Part shown: piece by piece, positions 1-12,066 of the stretch
Layout: each line of letters begins with the position of its first letter
How positions within the stretch are numbered: position 1 is the first letter of the stretch
NCBI GenBank assembly: GCA_965248445.1
Contig: CBDFJG010000003.1
Location: 96,001-160,000, forward strand
Direction of reading: 5' to 3'
DNA: 64,000 nt
From: Planctomycetota bacterium
GTDB taxonomy: Bacteria; Planctomycetota; JAJSAM01; JAJVHW01
Translations under genes and position numbers: made by a program
Notes under the pieces: model-generated
The model's database searches: none
What the model was told of the DNA's origin: nothing
Seen by the model: the letters and a program-made list of their open reading frames with translations, nothing else

Positions 1-1
1 C

Positions 2-367
2 GTGCGCTCGGTGTACTTGTTCGGCGACCGCCTCGCGCGCGGAGTCTATGACGACGGGCTTCACGCGATCTACGGCCACATGTACCCGAACGGCGGCGCG
101 CTCACCGGACTCACGCTTGCTGCAGACTCGTTCGCCGAGGGCGGTTTCTCGAGCGAGGCCGTCGAGGCGTACGACCGGGCCATCGCCATCCTCGACGCTC
201 AGCTCAATGACGAGGTCGACGAGGAGAGTCCCGACAGCGAGAGTCCCGACAGCGAGAGTCCCGACAGCGAGAGTCCGGGCAAAGAGAGTCGCGACCGGCG
301 CGTCGCCCAGCGGCGCAGTCTCTCCCGCCGGCGGGAACGCGTGCGCGAGGCGGCGGGACGCATCTGA
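2..367 (+). CDS. C-terminal part of a hypothetical protein (5'-truncated by the window), TPR-like helix plus ESPDS repeats
   Basis: ORF open from window edge; stop TGA overlaps miaB ATG (TGATG); EAVEAYDRAIAI helix. Confidence 0.6.
   Translation: MRSVYLFGDRLARGVYDDGLHAIYGHMYPNGGALTGLTLAADSFAEGGFSSEAVEAYDRAIAILDAQLNDEVDEESPDSESPDSESPDSESPGKESRDRRVAQRRSLSRRRERVREAAGRI
224..276 (+). repeat. 15-bp tandem repeat GAGAGTCCCGACAGC x3.5 (ESPDS)
   Basis: directly visible. Confidence 0.95.
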
Positions 368-1755
368 TGGACGGCGGCGACGGACTCGCGAGTGGTGCGC
401 TGACGGTCGACACGACTCTGCCGCGGGCGGCACGGCAGGTGTACGTCGAAGCGTTCGGTTGCCAGATGAACTTCCTCGACGGCGAACTCGCGGTCTCGCG
501 TCTGGCCGAACACGGGTGGGAGCGCACCGACGATCCCGACGCCGCGGATCTCGTGCTGTTCAACACGTGTTCGATCCGGGACCAGAGCGAGAACCGTGTC
601 TGGTCGCGCCTCGGGGCGCTGCGCGAGCGCAAGGCCCGCGATGCCGGTCTCCTGATCGGCGTGATGGGCTGCATGGCGCAGCGCGAGGCGGAGAACATCC
701 TCCGGCGCATGCCGCACGTCGATCTCGTCTGCGGAACGCGTCGCTTCCCGGAGATGCACGAACTGGTCGAGCGCGCGGAGCGCGATGGACCGGTCATGGC
801 CGTGGCTACGGGTGACTTCGTCGATGTTGTCCGCGACGTGCGCATCCGGCCGCAGGGCCATCGCGCCTACGTGTCGGTGATGCGAGGCTGCGACCACAAG
901 TGTTCGTACTGCATCGTTCCGCGCACGCGCGGTGGCCAGATCGACCGCCCGGTGGACGAGGTCCTCGACGAAGTGCGCCGCCTCGCCGACGACGGCGTGC
1001 GCGAGGTGACGCTGCTGGGGCAGAACATCAACACGTACGGCCGATACCTCGAGGGGCGGCCGCAGCTCGGCGGACTCATCCGGCTGGTGGATGCCGTCCC
1101 GGGGATCGAGCGCATCCGCTTCCTGACCAGCAACCCGATGGACATCCAGGACGAGCTGCTGGAGTCGATGGCGGAGACGCCCTCGGCGGCGGGTTACCTC
1201 CACTTCCCCGCGCAGCACGGCGACGACGCCGTGTTGAAGCGGATGTACCGGGGCTACACGCGCGAGAAGTACCTCGCCGTCTGCGAGAAGGCGCGGCACC
1301 TCTGTCCGGGCATCGAGCTGGCGAGCGACCTGATCGTCGGGTTCCCCGGCGAATCCCAAGCGGAGTTCGAAGCGATGCGCTCGCTGATGGAAGACGTCGA
1401 GTTCAAGCAGGTGTACATCTTCAAGTACTCGCCGCGGCCGGGAACGGCGGCGGCAGCGAAGTTCGTGGACGACGTCTCCGATCAGGTCAAGCGCACGCGA
1501 AAGAACGAGCTGCTCGCCGTCCAGGACCGCATCTCGATCCGTCGCAACCAGGCGCTGGTCGGGAGCGAGCTCGACGTCCTCGTGGACGGGCCGTCGGCTC
1601 GCAACGCCGAGCGCTTGTCCGGACGCGCAGCGAGCAATCACGTCGTCATCTTCGACGGCTCCCCGCAACTGGCCGGGCAGTTTGTCTCGGTGCGCATCGA
1701 GCGTGCGACGGCGGCATCGCTCTACGGCGCCGTGGTCGCCGGGAGCGCGCGCTGA
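367..1755 (+). CDS. miaB: tRNA-2-methylthio-N6-dimethylallyladenosine synthase
   Basis: FGCQMN..D, NTCSIR, radical SAM GCDHKCSYC, LLGQN, YSPRPGT, C-terminal TRAM domain. Confidence 0.95.
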   Translation: MDGGDGLASGALTVDTTLPRAARQVYVEAFGCQMNFLDGELAVSRLAEHGWERTDDPDAADLVLFNTCSIRDQSENRVWSRLGALRERKARDAGLLIGVMGCMAQREAENILRRMPHVDLVCGTRRFPEMHELVERAERDGPVMAVATGDFVDVVRDVRIRPQGHRAYVSVMRGCDHKCSYCIVPRTRGGQIDRPVDEVLDEVRRLADDGVREVTLLGQNINTYGRYLEGRPQLGGLIRLVDAVPGIERIRFLTSNPMDIQDELLESMAETPSAAGYLHFPAQHGDDAVLKRMYRGYTREKYLAVCEKARHLCPGIELASDLIVGFPGESQAEFEAMRSLMEDVEFKQVYIFKYSPRPGTAAAAKFVDDVSDQVKRTRKNELLAVQDRISIRRNQALVGSELDVLVDGPSARNAERLSGRAASNHVVIFDGSPQLAGQFVSVRIERATAASLYGAVVAGSAR

Positions 1756-1799
1756 GTCGCGGCGGCCGCGACGAGACGACGGCCGTTTGCCGAGGCGCG

Positions 1800-2939
1800 A
1801 TGCGCCTCGCGCTGGAGCTGGCGGAACTCGGCCGCCTGCGCGTCGAGCCGAACCCGCCCGTCGGTGCGATCGTCTTGTCTGCAGCGGGCGACGTCGTGGG
1901 CCGCGGTCACCACGTCGCGTACGGAGAGGCCCACGCTGAGCCGGTGGCGCTCGCCGACGCCAGTGAGGAAGCGCGTGGCGGCACACTCGTCGTGACTCTC
2001 GAACCGTGCGCGCACACCGCGAAGAAGACACCGCCCTGCCTGCCCGAGGTCCTCGCGTCCGGTGTGCAACGGGTCGTGATCGGGTCCTCGGATCCGAATC
2101 CCGCTACCCGCGGCCTCGCCGCGCCGGAGCTGGAAGCGGCCGGCATCGAGGTCGTCACCGGCGTGCTGCGCGAGGAGTGCGACGCGCTCATCGCCCGCTA
2201 CGCGGCGTTCGCCGGCTGCGGTGTGCCCTGGACGATCGCGAAGTGGGCCATGTCGGCGGATGGCCGCATCGCCGACGCGCGTGGCGCTGCCCGCTGGGTC
2301 TCCGGCCCAGAGTCGCGTCGCCTCGTGCACTCGATCCGCGCTCACGTCGACGCAATCGTCGTGGGACGCGGGACCGTGGCGAGGGACGATCCCGAACTCA
2401 CTCCGCGCGATGTCGCGCGGCCGCCCGGGCGGAACCCGGCGCTGCGCGTCGTGCTCGACTCGCACCTGCGCGTCCCGACGACGGTGCGCGTGATCACGAC
2501 CGCCCGCGAAGTGCCGACTGTCGTGTTCTGCACGCCGGAGGCGCACGCCGCCCGCACCGGGATCATCGAGGACCAGGGCGCCGAGGTGGTGCCGGTTGCG
2601 GCCGACGAGACAGACCGGGTGGATCTCGACGCGGCGTTCCGGGTGCTGCACGAGCGCGGAGTGCGCCGCGTGCTCTTGGAGTCGGGCGGCACCCTGACGG
2701 CGTCCATGTTGCGTGCCGGTCTCGTGCACCAGGTGATGACCTTCGTCGCCCCGGTGGTCGTCGGCGGCGAGCGAGCGCCGACACCGTTCGGCGCGGCCGG
2801 GTGGGAGATGACCGACGCTCCGCGCCTCGAGGAGTCGCGCGTCACCGCAGTCGGCAACGACGCTTTGCTCGAGGGCTACTGGCCGGCCGACACCGCCGAG
2901 TTCCTCCCGCCCCAGCGCCGGACGCGCCGCGGCGACTAG
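1800..2939 (+). CDS. ribD: riboflavin biosynthesis bifunctional deaminase/reductase
   Basis: PNPPVGA, HAE, TLEPCAH..TPPC, KWAMSADG, ESGGTL; start may be ~50 bp upstream. Confidence 0.93.
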   Translation: MRLALELAELGRLRVEPNPPVGAIVLSAAGDVVGRGHHVAYGEAHAEPVALADASEEARGGTLVVTLEPCAHTAKKTPPCLPEVLASGVQRVVIGSSDPNPATRGLAAPELEAAGIEVVTGVLREECDALIARYAAFAGCGVPWTIAKWAMSADGRIADARGAARWVSGPESRRLVHSIRAHVDAIVVGRGTVARDDPELTPRDVARPPGRNPALRVVLDSHLRVPTTVRVITTAREVPTVVFCTPEAHAARTGIIEDQGAEVVPVAADETDRVDLDAAFRVLHERGVRRVLLESGGTLTASMLRAGLVHQVMTFVAPVVVGGERAPTPFGAAGWEMTDAPRLEESRVTAVGNDALLEGYWPADTAEFLPPQRRTRRGD

Positions 2940-2999
2940 CTGCGTCGCGTCACGGCGCCCGCTCCGCGACCGCCGCGCCGCTCCTGGCCAGTGTGTTTC

Positions 3000-3234
3000 C
3001 CTCGTACGCGGTCTCCGACCGCTACCGAGGTGGCTCACTGCGGGCGGGCACTCCGATCGCTGGCGCGATCTCGTGCCCGTCCTCGCTCGTGCCACGCCGT
3101 TCGGAACGTAATGGCGTCTGCAGCGGGAGCAACGGGAATCGCCCTCGAGATGCGGCGAGTAGCGAGGGCGGGGCGGTCGCGTAGCGGGCGCCGTGCGCGC
3201 AGCCCTCCGTAGCGATCGGAGACCGCGACGTAAG
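3000..3234. repeat. inverted pair of REP-like hairpin elements between convergent genes
   Basis: core GCGGTCTCCGA(C/T)CGCTAC at ~3008 (+) and ~3208-3227 (-); third copy at 11609-11700. Confidence 0.75.
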
Positions 3235-3335
3235 TCCGCATGTCAGCGGACGAGCGCAGCGTCCCCGACGAGGTTGCGGGCGGGGCACCGGCCCCGCCCT
3301 CCAGCGGGACCAACTCGCGAGGTGCCGCGACGCAG

Positions 3336-4472
3336 CTAGTTCGACTCGTGCCCCGTAGCGTTCGTGATGCGCGAGAGCTTGCGGCGGATCCAGTTCTCGT
3401 CGATCTCGCGGCGCATGTCGAGCAGCTCGGTGTCGACGGCGTCGATGCGCATCGCGCGGTCCACCACGGCGTTGGCACGCTTCCAGGCCTTGTTGTCGAC
3501 CTCCAGACGTGCCCAGCGCTTGAGCAGATCGAGTACGCGGCGGTCGCAGTCGCGCGCCTCGTTCTTGCAGTACTCGAACGTCTCGCCGGGTCCCGCCAGC
3601 TTCGCCGACTTGGCGAAGCCCTTGCGGGCGTCGGTGAAGCCCTTCTCGGCGGCGTTCAGCGAGCGGCGTGAACGGGTCTGGTTCCCCTTGGCGAGCCAGT
3701 TGTACGCCGCCGCCTGCTTCTCGGACGCGGTCGTCTTCTGCGTTACCGCGCGCTTCAGGTACTGATCGACCTTCTTCTGCTTCGCGATCTGCCGACGTTC
3801 TGCGGCCTTGTCCTTTGCGGACTCCTTCTCGAACTCCTCTTTCTGCTCGATTCGAACGAGCAGGTCGGGCACGCGGGCGCGCACGCGGTCGGCGTGGTCC
3901 CCGGGAGGTGCGACACGCAGGTAGCGGCGGGCGCGAACGAGAGCGTTCTCGGGCTTGCCGCCCGCGAGCGCCTCGTCGATCTCAGAGAGCGCGCGGTCCG
4001 CCTCGGAGGTGGCGACGTCGTCGAGCAGCGCGTCGATCCGCTTTGCTTCGTCCCGCTGAGCTTCGTCCCGCTGAGCGGGGGCGCCCGCTTGTCCGCCCTC
4101 TGTCCCGCCCTCTGCAACAACGGCGGGCAGGAGCCCCTTCGCCTCGAGCAGCGAGCGGCGTGACTGAACGAACAGCCCAGCCCCGACGCCCCACTCGGCG
4201 AGCGCCACCCGCCCGGCGCGGTCGCTCGGCTCGAGCGTCGCCGCGACGAGTTCGTAGCGCGACACGGGCAGCACGGCGGTCCAGGGGATACGGACCTCAC
4301 CGCCGCTTTCGCGCGCGAGGAGGACCGACTTGTCGTTCACGGAGACGACGTCACCCGGCAGCAGCCCGCCGTCCTTCAGGCGGACGACTTCGGCGGAGAA
4401 CGCCGGCGTTGCCAGTGCGAGCAGCACGGCCACTGCGGCCACACGGAAGAGGAGACGGGACCCGACCATCAC
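3336..4472 (-). CDS. hypothetical secreted helical/TPR-like protein
   Basis: signal peptide, EVVRLKDGG motif, K/E-rich helices, strong GC3 bias. Confidence 0.8.
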   Translation of the reverse strand: MMVGSRLLFRVAAVAVLLALATPAFSAEVVRLKDGGLLPGDVVSVNDKSVLLARESGGEVRIPWTAVLPVSRYELVAATLEPSDRAGRVALAEWGVGAGLFVQSRRSLLEAKGLLPAVVAEGGTEGGQAGAPAQRDEAQRDEAKRIDALLDDVATSEADRALSEIDEALAGGKPENALVRARRYLRVAPPGDHADRVRARVPDLLVRIEQKEEFEKESAKDKAAERRQIAKQKKVDQYLKRAVTQKTTASEKQAAAYNWLAKGNQTRSRRSLNAAEKGFTDARKGFAKSAKLAGPGETFEYCKNEARDCDRRVLDLLKRWARLEVDNKAWKRANAVVDRAMRIDAVDTELLDMRREIDENWIRRKLSRITNATGHESN

Positions 4473-4545
4473 GACAGTTTAGTCGGCGCGCGCGGGCTTG
4501 GGGTTCCGCAGACCGGATTTCCGGTCCAAACGTAGAGGACCGCGG

Positions 4546-5616
4546 TCAGCGCGGCCTGGCGAGGGCTCGATCCTCGAGGTCGAGCTCGACCTTGACGGCC
4601 TCGAGGTGCTCGGTGGCCTTCATGACCACGGGGTCGTCGGGGCCGAACTGCGTCATGGCCAGGAACGTACGGAAGTCCTGGCGGGCGCGGTCCCAGTCCC
4701 GCAACTGCTGCCGGACCATGCCACGGTTCAGGTAAGCCGTGGAGCGGTCCTTGTCGAGCTCGATGACCCGATCTAGCTCGCGCAGCGCGTCCTCCATCCG
4801 GCCCAGCTTGAAAAGGACGTTCCCGAGTAGGTCGCGGAGCTGGGCCTCCTGGCGTTCGGCACCGCGCAGCTTCGATTCGTAGATCGGCGCGTCCTTCGGG
4901 AACTTCTCGGCGGCGTCGCGCCACAGGGACTTCGAACTGACGACGTGTTCCTCGTACTCACGGGCGTGTCGCAGCGTCGTATCCAGGTCGCCACGGACCA
5001 TGGCCATCTTGGCCAGACCCATGAGGCACGTCAGCTGATACTGCGCCTCCCGTTCGCCGCCGGACATGACGCGTGAGTAACTCTTCTCGGCCCGCGCGAC
5101 TCGTCGGGAGCGCTCGCGGTGCGCGGTCGCCAGTTCCTGCTCGTCGGTGGAACCGCGGCGCGCCTTCTGGTCCTCGAGCAGCAGGACCTTCCGGTCGTAG
5201 AGCTCGACCCAGCGGTCCTGTACGAGCGCGTACCCGAGTTCCGCCTTCCACGCCTGACCGTCCATGTTCTCGCGACGCATCTCCTCGAGCCGCTCTTCCG
5301 CCATGGTGAGGCGTCCCACGCCCTCGGACGACTCGGCGTGGCCCAGCTGATAGAGCGCCATGCCCTGGCCAAGGCGCGCCTTGTCGTCCATCGGCTCGAT
5401 CGCGAGCACCTTCTCCCACTGGTGGTAGGCGCGCTCGTAGTGCCCCTCGTCGTAGTACTGCGCGGCGTTCTGCAGGTACAGGTTGACGCGCGTCCTGTCC
5501 TGCGCGCCGATCGTCTCGCACGCGGGCATCGCGCACGCCAGCGCCAGCAGGCCGAGGAGAAGTCCGCGCGAACTGCGGCCCGCGATGCGGTCGGCGAGGG
5601 GGGGGGATTTGCTCAT
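4546..5616 (-). CDS. TPR-repeat (lipo)protein
   Basis: hydrophobic N-terminus with Cys; TPR motifs AAQYYDEGHYERAY, LGNVLFKLGRMEDAL, AYLNRGMV. Confidence 0.8.
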   Translation of the reverse strand: MSKSPPLADRIAGRSSRGLLLGLLALACAMPACETIGAQDRTRVNLYLQNAAQYYDEGHYERAYHQWEKVLAIEPMDDKARLGQGMALYQLGHAESSEGVGRLTMAEERLEEMRRENMDGQAWKAELGYALVQDRWVELYDRKVLLLEDQKARRGSTDEQELATAHRERSRRVARAEKSYSRVMSGGEREAQYQLTCLMGLAKMAMVRGDLDTTLRHAREYEEHVVSSKSLWRDAAEKFPKDAPIYESKLRGAERQEAQLRDLLGNVLFKLGRMEDALRELDRVIELDKDRSTAYLNRGMVRQQLRDWDRARQDFRTFLAMTQFGPDDPVVMKATEHLEAVKVELDLEDRALARPR

Positions 5617-5697
5617 GGAGTTCCTGATGCTCTTGGGCGGGGTCACCCTTCCGTCATGCGCGCCGGGGCACCTCGCAGCCGTCAGCGGGCGGGCAGC

Positions 5698-6159
5698 CTA
5701 TCGGGAGCCGCCCTCGTAGACCCAGGCCGTGTCCGTCATCTCGTACTTCTGGATCTCTCCGCGGCCGAAGAAGAGGCCGATCTCCTTCTTCGCGGCTCCG
5801 ACGGAGTCGCTGGCGTGGACCAGGTTGTAGCCGTCGCTGATCGCGAAGTCGCCGCGGATGGTGCCAGGCTCGGCCTGCGAGCCGAACGTAGCGCCGAGCA
5901 TCTTCCGGATCACGGCGATCGCGCTCTTGCCGCGTAGCGCCAGCACGAGCACGGGCGACGAGGTCATGTACTCGATCAGCCCGGGATAGAACGGCTTGCC
6001 CTTGTGGGGCGCGTAGTGCTGCTGCGCGGTGCGCTGCGGGATCTTCATGAGCTTGGCGCCCACGATCTGCAGGCCCTTCTCCTCGAAGCGGGCCAGGATC
6101 CGCCCGGCTAGCCGGCGCTGGATTCCATCCGGCTTGATGATGATCAACGAGGTCTGCAT
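5698..6159 (-). CDS. ndk: nucleoside diphosphate kinase
   Basis: IIKPDG, PGTIRGDF, NLVHASDS catalytic His. Confidence 0.96.
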   Translation of the reverse strand: MQTSLIIIKPDGIQRRLAGRILARFEEKGLQIVGAKLMKIPQRTAQQHYAPHKGKPFYPGLIEYMTSSPVLVLALRGKSAIAVIRKMLGATFGSQAEPGTIRGDFAISDGYNLVHASDSVGAAKKEIGLFFGRGEIQKYEMTDTAWVYEGGSR

Positions 6160-6279
6160 CGACGTTTCCTCCGGTGCTGGGGATCGAGCCGGGCAGTCTC
6201 GCCCGCTCCGTTCTGCGGGTCCCGAAAAACGCCTGCCACAGCGCTGCGAGCAGTAGGAACACCGGCTAGGAGCGAGCCC

Positions 6280-8082
<1,803 letters not shown>

Positions 8083-8145
8083 GCGGCCCGGTCCTGAGGC
8101 TGGGAACCGAGCCCCGCCGGTGTGCGATTCCGCCCGCCGGGCCGC

Positions 8146-8173
8146 TTGACACCCCTCCGGTCCGGTCTATCAT
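8146..8173 (+). promoter_or_regulatory. sigma70-like promoter TTGACA-N16-TATCAT
   Basis: near-consensus hexamers in the intergenic region upstream of the Ig-like gene. Confidence 0.6.
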
Positions 8174-8404
8174 CGAGCCTGGCTGCGGGGTTACGGGTTG
8201 CAGGCTCCCGCGTGGTATGCGCTTCGCGGGGTGACGGTGAGCGGAACTGTCGAGGACTCTCGACAGTCTCCGCTGTAGATTGGTGACGGAGGGGTCGTCC
8301 GGTCGCTTGCTAGCGGCTGGTCCGACTTGCGTGGTTCGTATGGACCGGGTTCGCGTATGGACTGGGTTCGCACGGAATGGGCGCAGAGAATGCGCGGAGG
8401 CGAC

Positions 8405-10720
8405 ATGCAGCACCTGAGAAACACACGACGCCCGAACCGATTCGGACGCGGGATGATCCGACGCTCCATGGTGTTGGGCCTCCTCGCAGGCAGCGTTGCC
8501 GCTGTCGGTGTGCTGGCAGCGCACGAGATCGCGTCCGCGCGCCAGAAGCCGGTCGTCGTGTTGCGCTTCCTCGCCGGCTACTTCGATCGCAACAGCCGCT
8601 TCGTCCCGACCGCGGGCCGCGGCGCGACGAACGTCGACCGCAACGCGGTCCTGATGTTCGTGTGCTCAGGCGGCCTCGACCTCGGTCCGAACATTCAGGC
8701 GACCCTGCCGCTGACTCTCGCGGAGCAGGCCGAACTGGATGCGCTGACCGTCGTGGTGCGCACCAACCAGCCCGCGCCCCCGACCGCCGCGCAGCTGCGC
8801 CGCTTCCGTGAACTCGGCGGCGACGTGGACGCCGCGTTCGAGCCAGGCGCTCTGGCGCGTCGCCGCTCTCTCGACTTCTCCACGCGCGTCGTCGCGACGG
8901 GCTCCGTGTCGCAGGAGAGCGTGAAGATCGCGAGTCTCTCGTCGGGCGGAGCGAGCCAGGCCGAGGGTGCGTTCTTCAAGGTGCGCAAGCGCAAACGCCG
9001 TCGCTATGCGCGCGGCCGCTTCACGTTCAACCCGCGCTTCGTCGTCGCCACGTTCAACCGCCCCGGCGAAATCGACTACAACCCCGAGGGGTTCGACGCG
9101 AACACCGAGTACAGCGTCTCGATCGAGGGCGGCAAGGGCGTCACGAGCACGCTCCAGACCGTCACCAACCTCGACGGCCTGCCGCTCGGCGCTCCGTTCG
9201 CCACCACGTTCAGGACATCCAACCGCTACGTGCAGGACTTCTCGCGACCCGAGATCGTCTCGACGACGCCCATCGGCGGCGCACCGAACATCCCCAGCGA
9301 CGCCGACGTCGAGATCACGTTCAGCGAGCCGATGGACATCTCGACGTTCCTGCCGCCTCGCTTCCAGGACGACGACGAGGCGACGGTCCGCGTGCGCTAC
9401 TCGCTCGCCCCGGTCAACGGCGCACTCGCGGGCCGCAACGTGCTCGCGCTGGTGCGCATCAAGCCCCAGACCGCGGGCAACGTGGTCCAGTTCCGGCCGC
9501 TCCAGACGTTCGGCCGCGGCCCGTACGAGATCGAGGTGAGCATCACCGCCGGTGTCACGGACCTGTCGAACAACAACATCATCCGCCAGCAGAACTTCAC
9601 GTTCACGACCGGCTTCGATCCGTCCGCTTCGTTCATCGGCGACGCGGTCGAGACGTTCGACACGAACACTTTTGAGGACTTCACCTTCGACGTGACCCAG
9701 GTGCAGGGCGACAACCTGATCGCCGACTGGAACTCGTCCGCCCGGCCCGGCGAACTGTCGACGTCGGTTCAGACGATCGGCTTCGATGCCCTCGGTCCGG
9801 CCATCGGCAGCAATGTGAACATCTGGTTCAACTTCGCTGTGCGCTGGCAGATGCTGTTCCCGGCGAACGACATGGGCGGCCGCGCGCGCACCATCACCGA
9901 CTTCTTCTGGTACCAGGTCGGGTCGAACTTCTCGGTCCCGCCCGCGGCGCCGATCCAGACGCTGACCCAGTCGAACCTCACGTACCCCAACCTTCAGATC
10001 CGGATGGGGCACGCGACCGACCTGGTCTCCGGCGGCGGCTTCCCGGGCGGCACGGCCCCTCCGGGACCCGTCGGCACCAACTTCAAGGATGTCCCGCTGG
10101 TCGTGGTCCGTCCGGTCATCTACACGATCCCGGTCTCGCTCGGTATCACTCCGTCCGTACCGCCGGGTGGGCCGGGGACTTCGCCCTTCTTTGTGCCCGG
10201 CCCGACCTTCGAGAAGAACTTCAACTCGAACGGCCTCGACGGCGTGATCATGGAGATCGAGCACTTCGGCAACGGCACCGTCGGTGCCTCCGAGACGTGG
10301 GAGATGGACGGCGCCTACTCGATCAACGCGCTGACGTTCAACCTGTTCCAGAACACGCCGCCGGTCATCCAGTCGCAGCCGTGGTACCTGTCGGTCAACT
10401 GGGGCTTCCTCTCGCCGGCCGCCGAGGCGCAGTCGCTCTGGTACAACACGAACCAGCCGGCGGTGCGCTACGTGCCGCAGCAGATCATCCCGTTCCAGCA
10501 GCCACAGGGCGCGGTCGTGGCGATCGAGTGGCAGGGCGCCAAGGCGGACGTCAACAACTCGCTCCTCCTGGACTCGACGACCATCACGGCACCGACCACG
10601 GACATCCGCACACTCGCAGCGTTCCCCTTCGTGCGCTGGCACGTGACGCTGGTCAACAATCTGAGCACGGGCGACAGCGCGTCGATCGACACGCTGACCA
10701 TCCCGTACACGTATCGGTAG
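8405..10720 (+). CDS. large exported protein with bacterial Ig-like (SbsA/Big_5-type) domain
   Basis: GGAGG RBS, signal-like N-terminus, PEIVSTTP..G..VEITFSEPMD...VTDLSNN..FTFTT. Confidence 0.75.
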   Translation: MQHLRNTRRPNRFGRGMIRRSMVLGLLAGSVAAVGVLAAHEIASARQKPVVVLRFLAGYFDRNSRFVPTAGRGATNVDRNAVLMFVCSGGLDLGPNIQATLPLTLAEQAELDALTVVVRTNQPAPPTAAQLRRFRELGGDVDAAFEPGALARRRSLDFSTRVVATGSVSQESVKIASLSSGGASQAEGAFFKVRKRKRRRYARGRFTFNPRFVVATFNRPGEIDYNPEGFDANTEYSVSIEGGKGVTSTLQTVTNLDGLPLGAPFATTFRTSNRYVQDFSRPEIVSTTPIGGAPNIPSDADVEITFSEPMDISTFLPPRFQDDDEATVRVRYSLAPVNGALAGRNVLALVRIKPQTAGNVVQFRPLQTFGRGPYEIEVSITAGVTDLSNNNIIRQQNFTFTTGFDPSASFIGDAVETFDTNTFEDFTFDVTQVQGDNLIADWNSSARPGELSTSVQTIGFDALGPAIGSNVNIWFNFAVRWQMLFPANDMGGRARTITDFFWYQVGSNFSVPPAAPIQTLTQSNLTYPNLQIRMGHATDLVSGGGFPGGTAPPGPVGTNFKDVPLVVVRPVIYTIPVSLGITPSVPPGGPGTSPFFVPGPTFEKNFNSNGLDGVIMEIEHFGNGTVGASETWEMDGAYSINALTFNLFQNTPPVIQSQPWYLSVNWGFLSPAAEAQSLWYNTNQPAVRYVPQQIIPFQQPQGAVVAIEWQGAKADVNNSLLLDSTTITAPTTDIRTLAAFPFVRWHVTLVNNLSTGDSASIDTLTIPYTYR

Positions 10721-11024
10721 TCCTGCGCGTTTGACGATCAGCAGAGACCACCGCACGTACGACCACGGCCGCGACGCTTCCGCCGGAGGCGCCGCGGCCG
10801 TGTGCCGTTGCTCACACGAACTACACGTGCTCGCGCATTGCATCGGTTCCCGATGACTCGGCGCGCGAGCGCGGACCGGTCCGACAGGCCGGGTGGGTGG
10901 ACCGCCCGTGGCATCCTGTCCGGCCCCGCGTGTTCCCATTGCGGAGACTGCTCCCGTTGCGGAGACGCGGATTCCCCCCTTTCAAGGAGAGACTGCATGG
11001 AGAAAGACTGCATGGAGGTGTGCG

Positions 11025-11552
11025 ATCAGAGGTAGGCGAAGATTCGTCGGACCACCGCGGCGCGACGAGCCGCGCATCAACGAACGCATCCGTGTCCGCG
11101 AGGTACGCCTGATCGACGAGAACGGCGAGCAGGTGGGCGTGGTGGAGACGGACGAGGCGTTCCGCCGGGCCCAGGAGGCCGGGCTGGATCTCGTGGAGAT
11201 GGCGGCCGAAGCACGGCCCCCGGTCTGCAGGATCATGGACTTCGGCAAGTACAAGTACGAGCAGAAGAAGAAGCAGACCCACACGCACAAGAGTCGTCTG
11301 AAGGAGGTCCGGCTGCGGCCGCACACCGACGATCACGACTACAACGTGAAGCTCGAGCGGGCGAAGCGCTTCCTCGAGAAGGGCGACAAGGTCCAACTCG
11401 TCCTCATGTTCCGCGGCCGTCAGATGGCGCACAAGAACCTCGGCCGAGCGCTGCTCGAGCGGATGGTCAAGGACCTCGTGGATATCGCGAAGGTCGAGCG
11501 GATGCCGAAGCAGGAGGGCCGCCGCATGACGATGCTCCTGGCACACAAGTAG
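11025..11552 (+). CDS. infC: translation initiation factor IF-3 (probable ATC start)
   Basis: INERIRVREVRLID, PPVCRIMDFGKYKY, FRGRQMAH; GGAGG 6 nt before an in-frame ATC. Confidence 0.93.
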   Translation: MRGRRRFVGPPRRDEPRINERIRVREVRLIDENGEQVGVVETDEAFRRAQEAGLDLVEMAAEARPPVCRIMDFGKYKYEQKKKQTHTHKSRLKEVRLRPHTDDHDYNVKLERAKRFLEKGDKVQLVLMFRGRQMAHKNLGRALLERMVKDLVDIAKVERMPKQEGRRMTMLLAHK

Positions 11553-11608
11553 CGTGTCATGCGGGCTGCGAAAGCAGGCCGCATGCCCCGCTCTTGTGCC
11601 GATGGCGC

Positions 11609-11700
11609 CCTCCTACGCGGTCTCCGACCGCTACGGAGGTGGGCTCGCTGCGGGCCGTCACTCGCCTCGCTACGCGAGGCTCGCGCCAGTCCTCGCTCGC
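11609..11700 (+). repeat. third copy of REP-like hairpin element
   Basis: ~90-bp similarity to 3000-3089. Confidence 0.75.
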
Positions 11701-11768
11701 GGGAGCGGGGGGTCTGGAGCTGGCAAGTGGTGGCCCGGCCTGTGGCCCTGATTCCCAGCCTCCAAATG

Positions 11769-11796
11769 TTGACCCCTCCGAGCGGGCATCTACGAT
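11769..11796 (+). promoter_or_regulatory. sigma70-like promoter TTGACC-N16-TACGAT for rpmI-rplT
   Basis: near-consensus hexamers 50 bp before the rpmI ATG. Confidence 0.55.
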
Positions 11797-11845
11797 CCGG
11801 GGCTTCCGTGCGGGATTGGCCCGCCGGTGCCGACCGGAGCCCGAC

Positions 11846-12046
11846 ATGCCCAAGCTCAAGACCAACAAGGGCGCCGCCAAGCGCCTGAAGCTGACCAAGA
11901 GCGGCCGTTTGAAGCGAGGCAGCCCGGGCCGGCGGCACATGATGAAGTCCAAGGACGCCAAGCGCCGCCGCCGCCTGCGGAAGGCGAAGCTCGTCGCCAA
12001 GTGCGACGAGCGGCGTATGCGCCGGCTCCTCGGGCTTGGTGGATAA
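11846..12046 (+). CDS. rpmI: 50S ribosomal protein L35
   Basis: MPKLKTNKGAAKR; position in infC-rpmI-rplT. Confidence 0.96.
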   Translation: MPKLKTNKGAAKRLKLTKSGRLKRGSPGRRHMMKSKDAKRRRRLRKAKLVAKCDERRMRRLLGLGG

Positions 12047-12066
12047 GGAAGAGACGAGACAGAGCC

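Noticed and set aside
900..1799. Apparent N-terminal extension of ribD overlapping miaB
   Set aside because: Stop-free alternate frame within miaB; RibD homology begins near 1800
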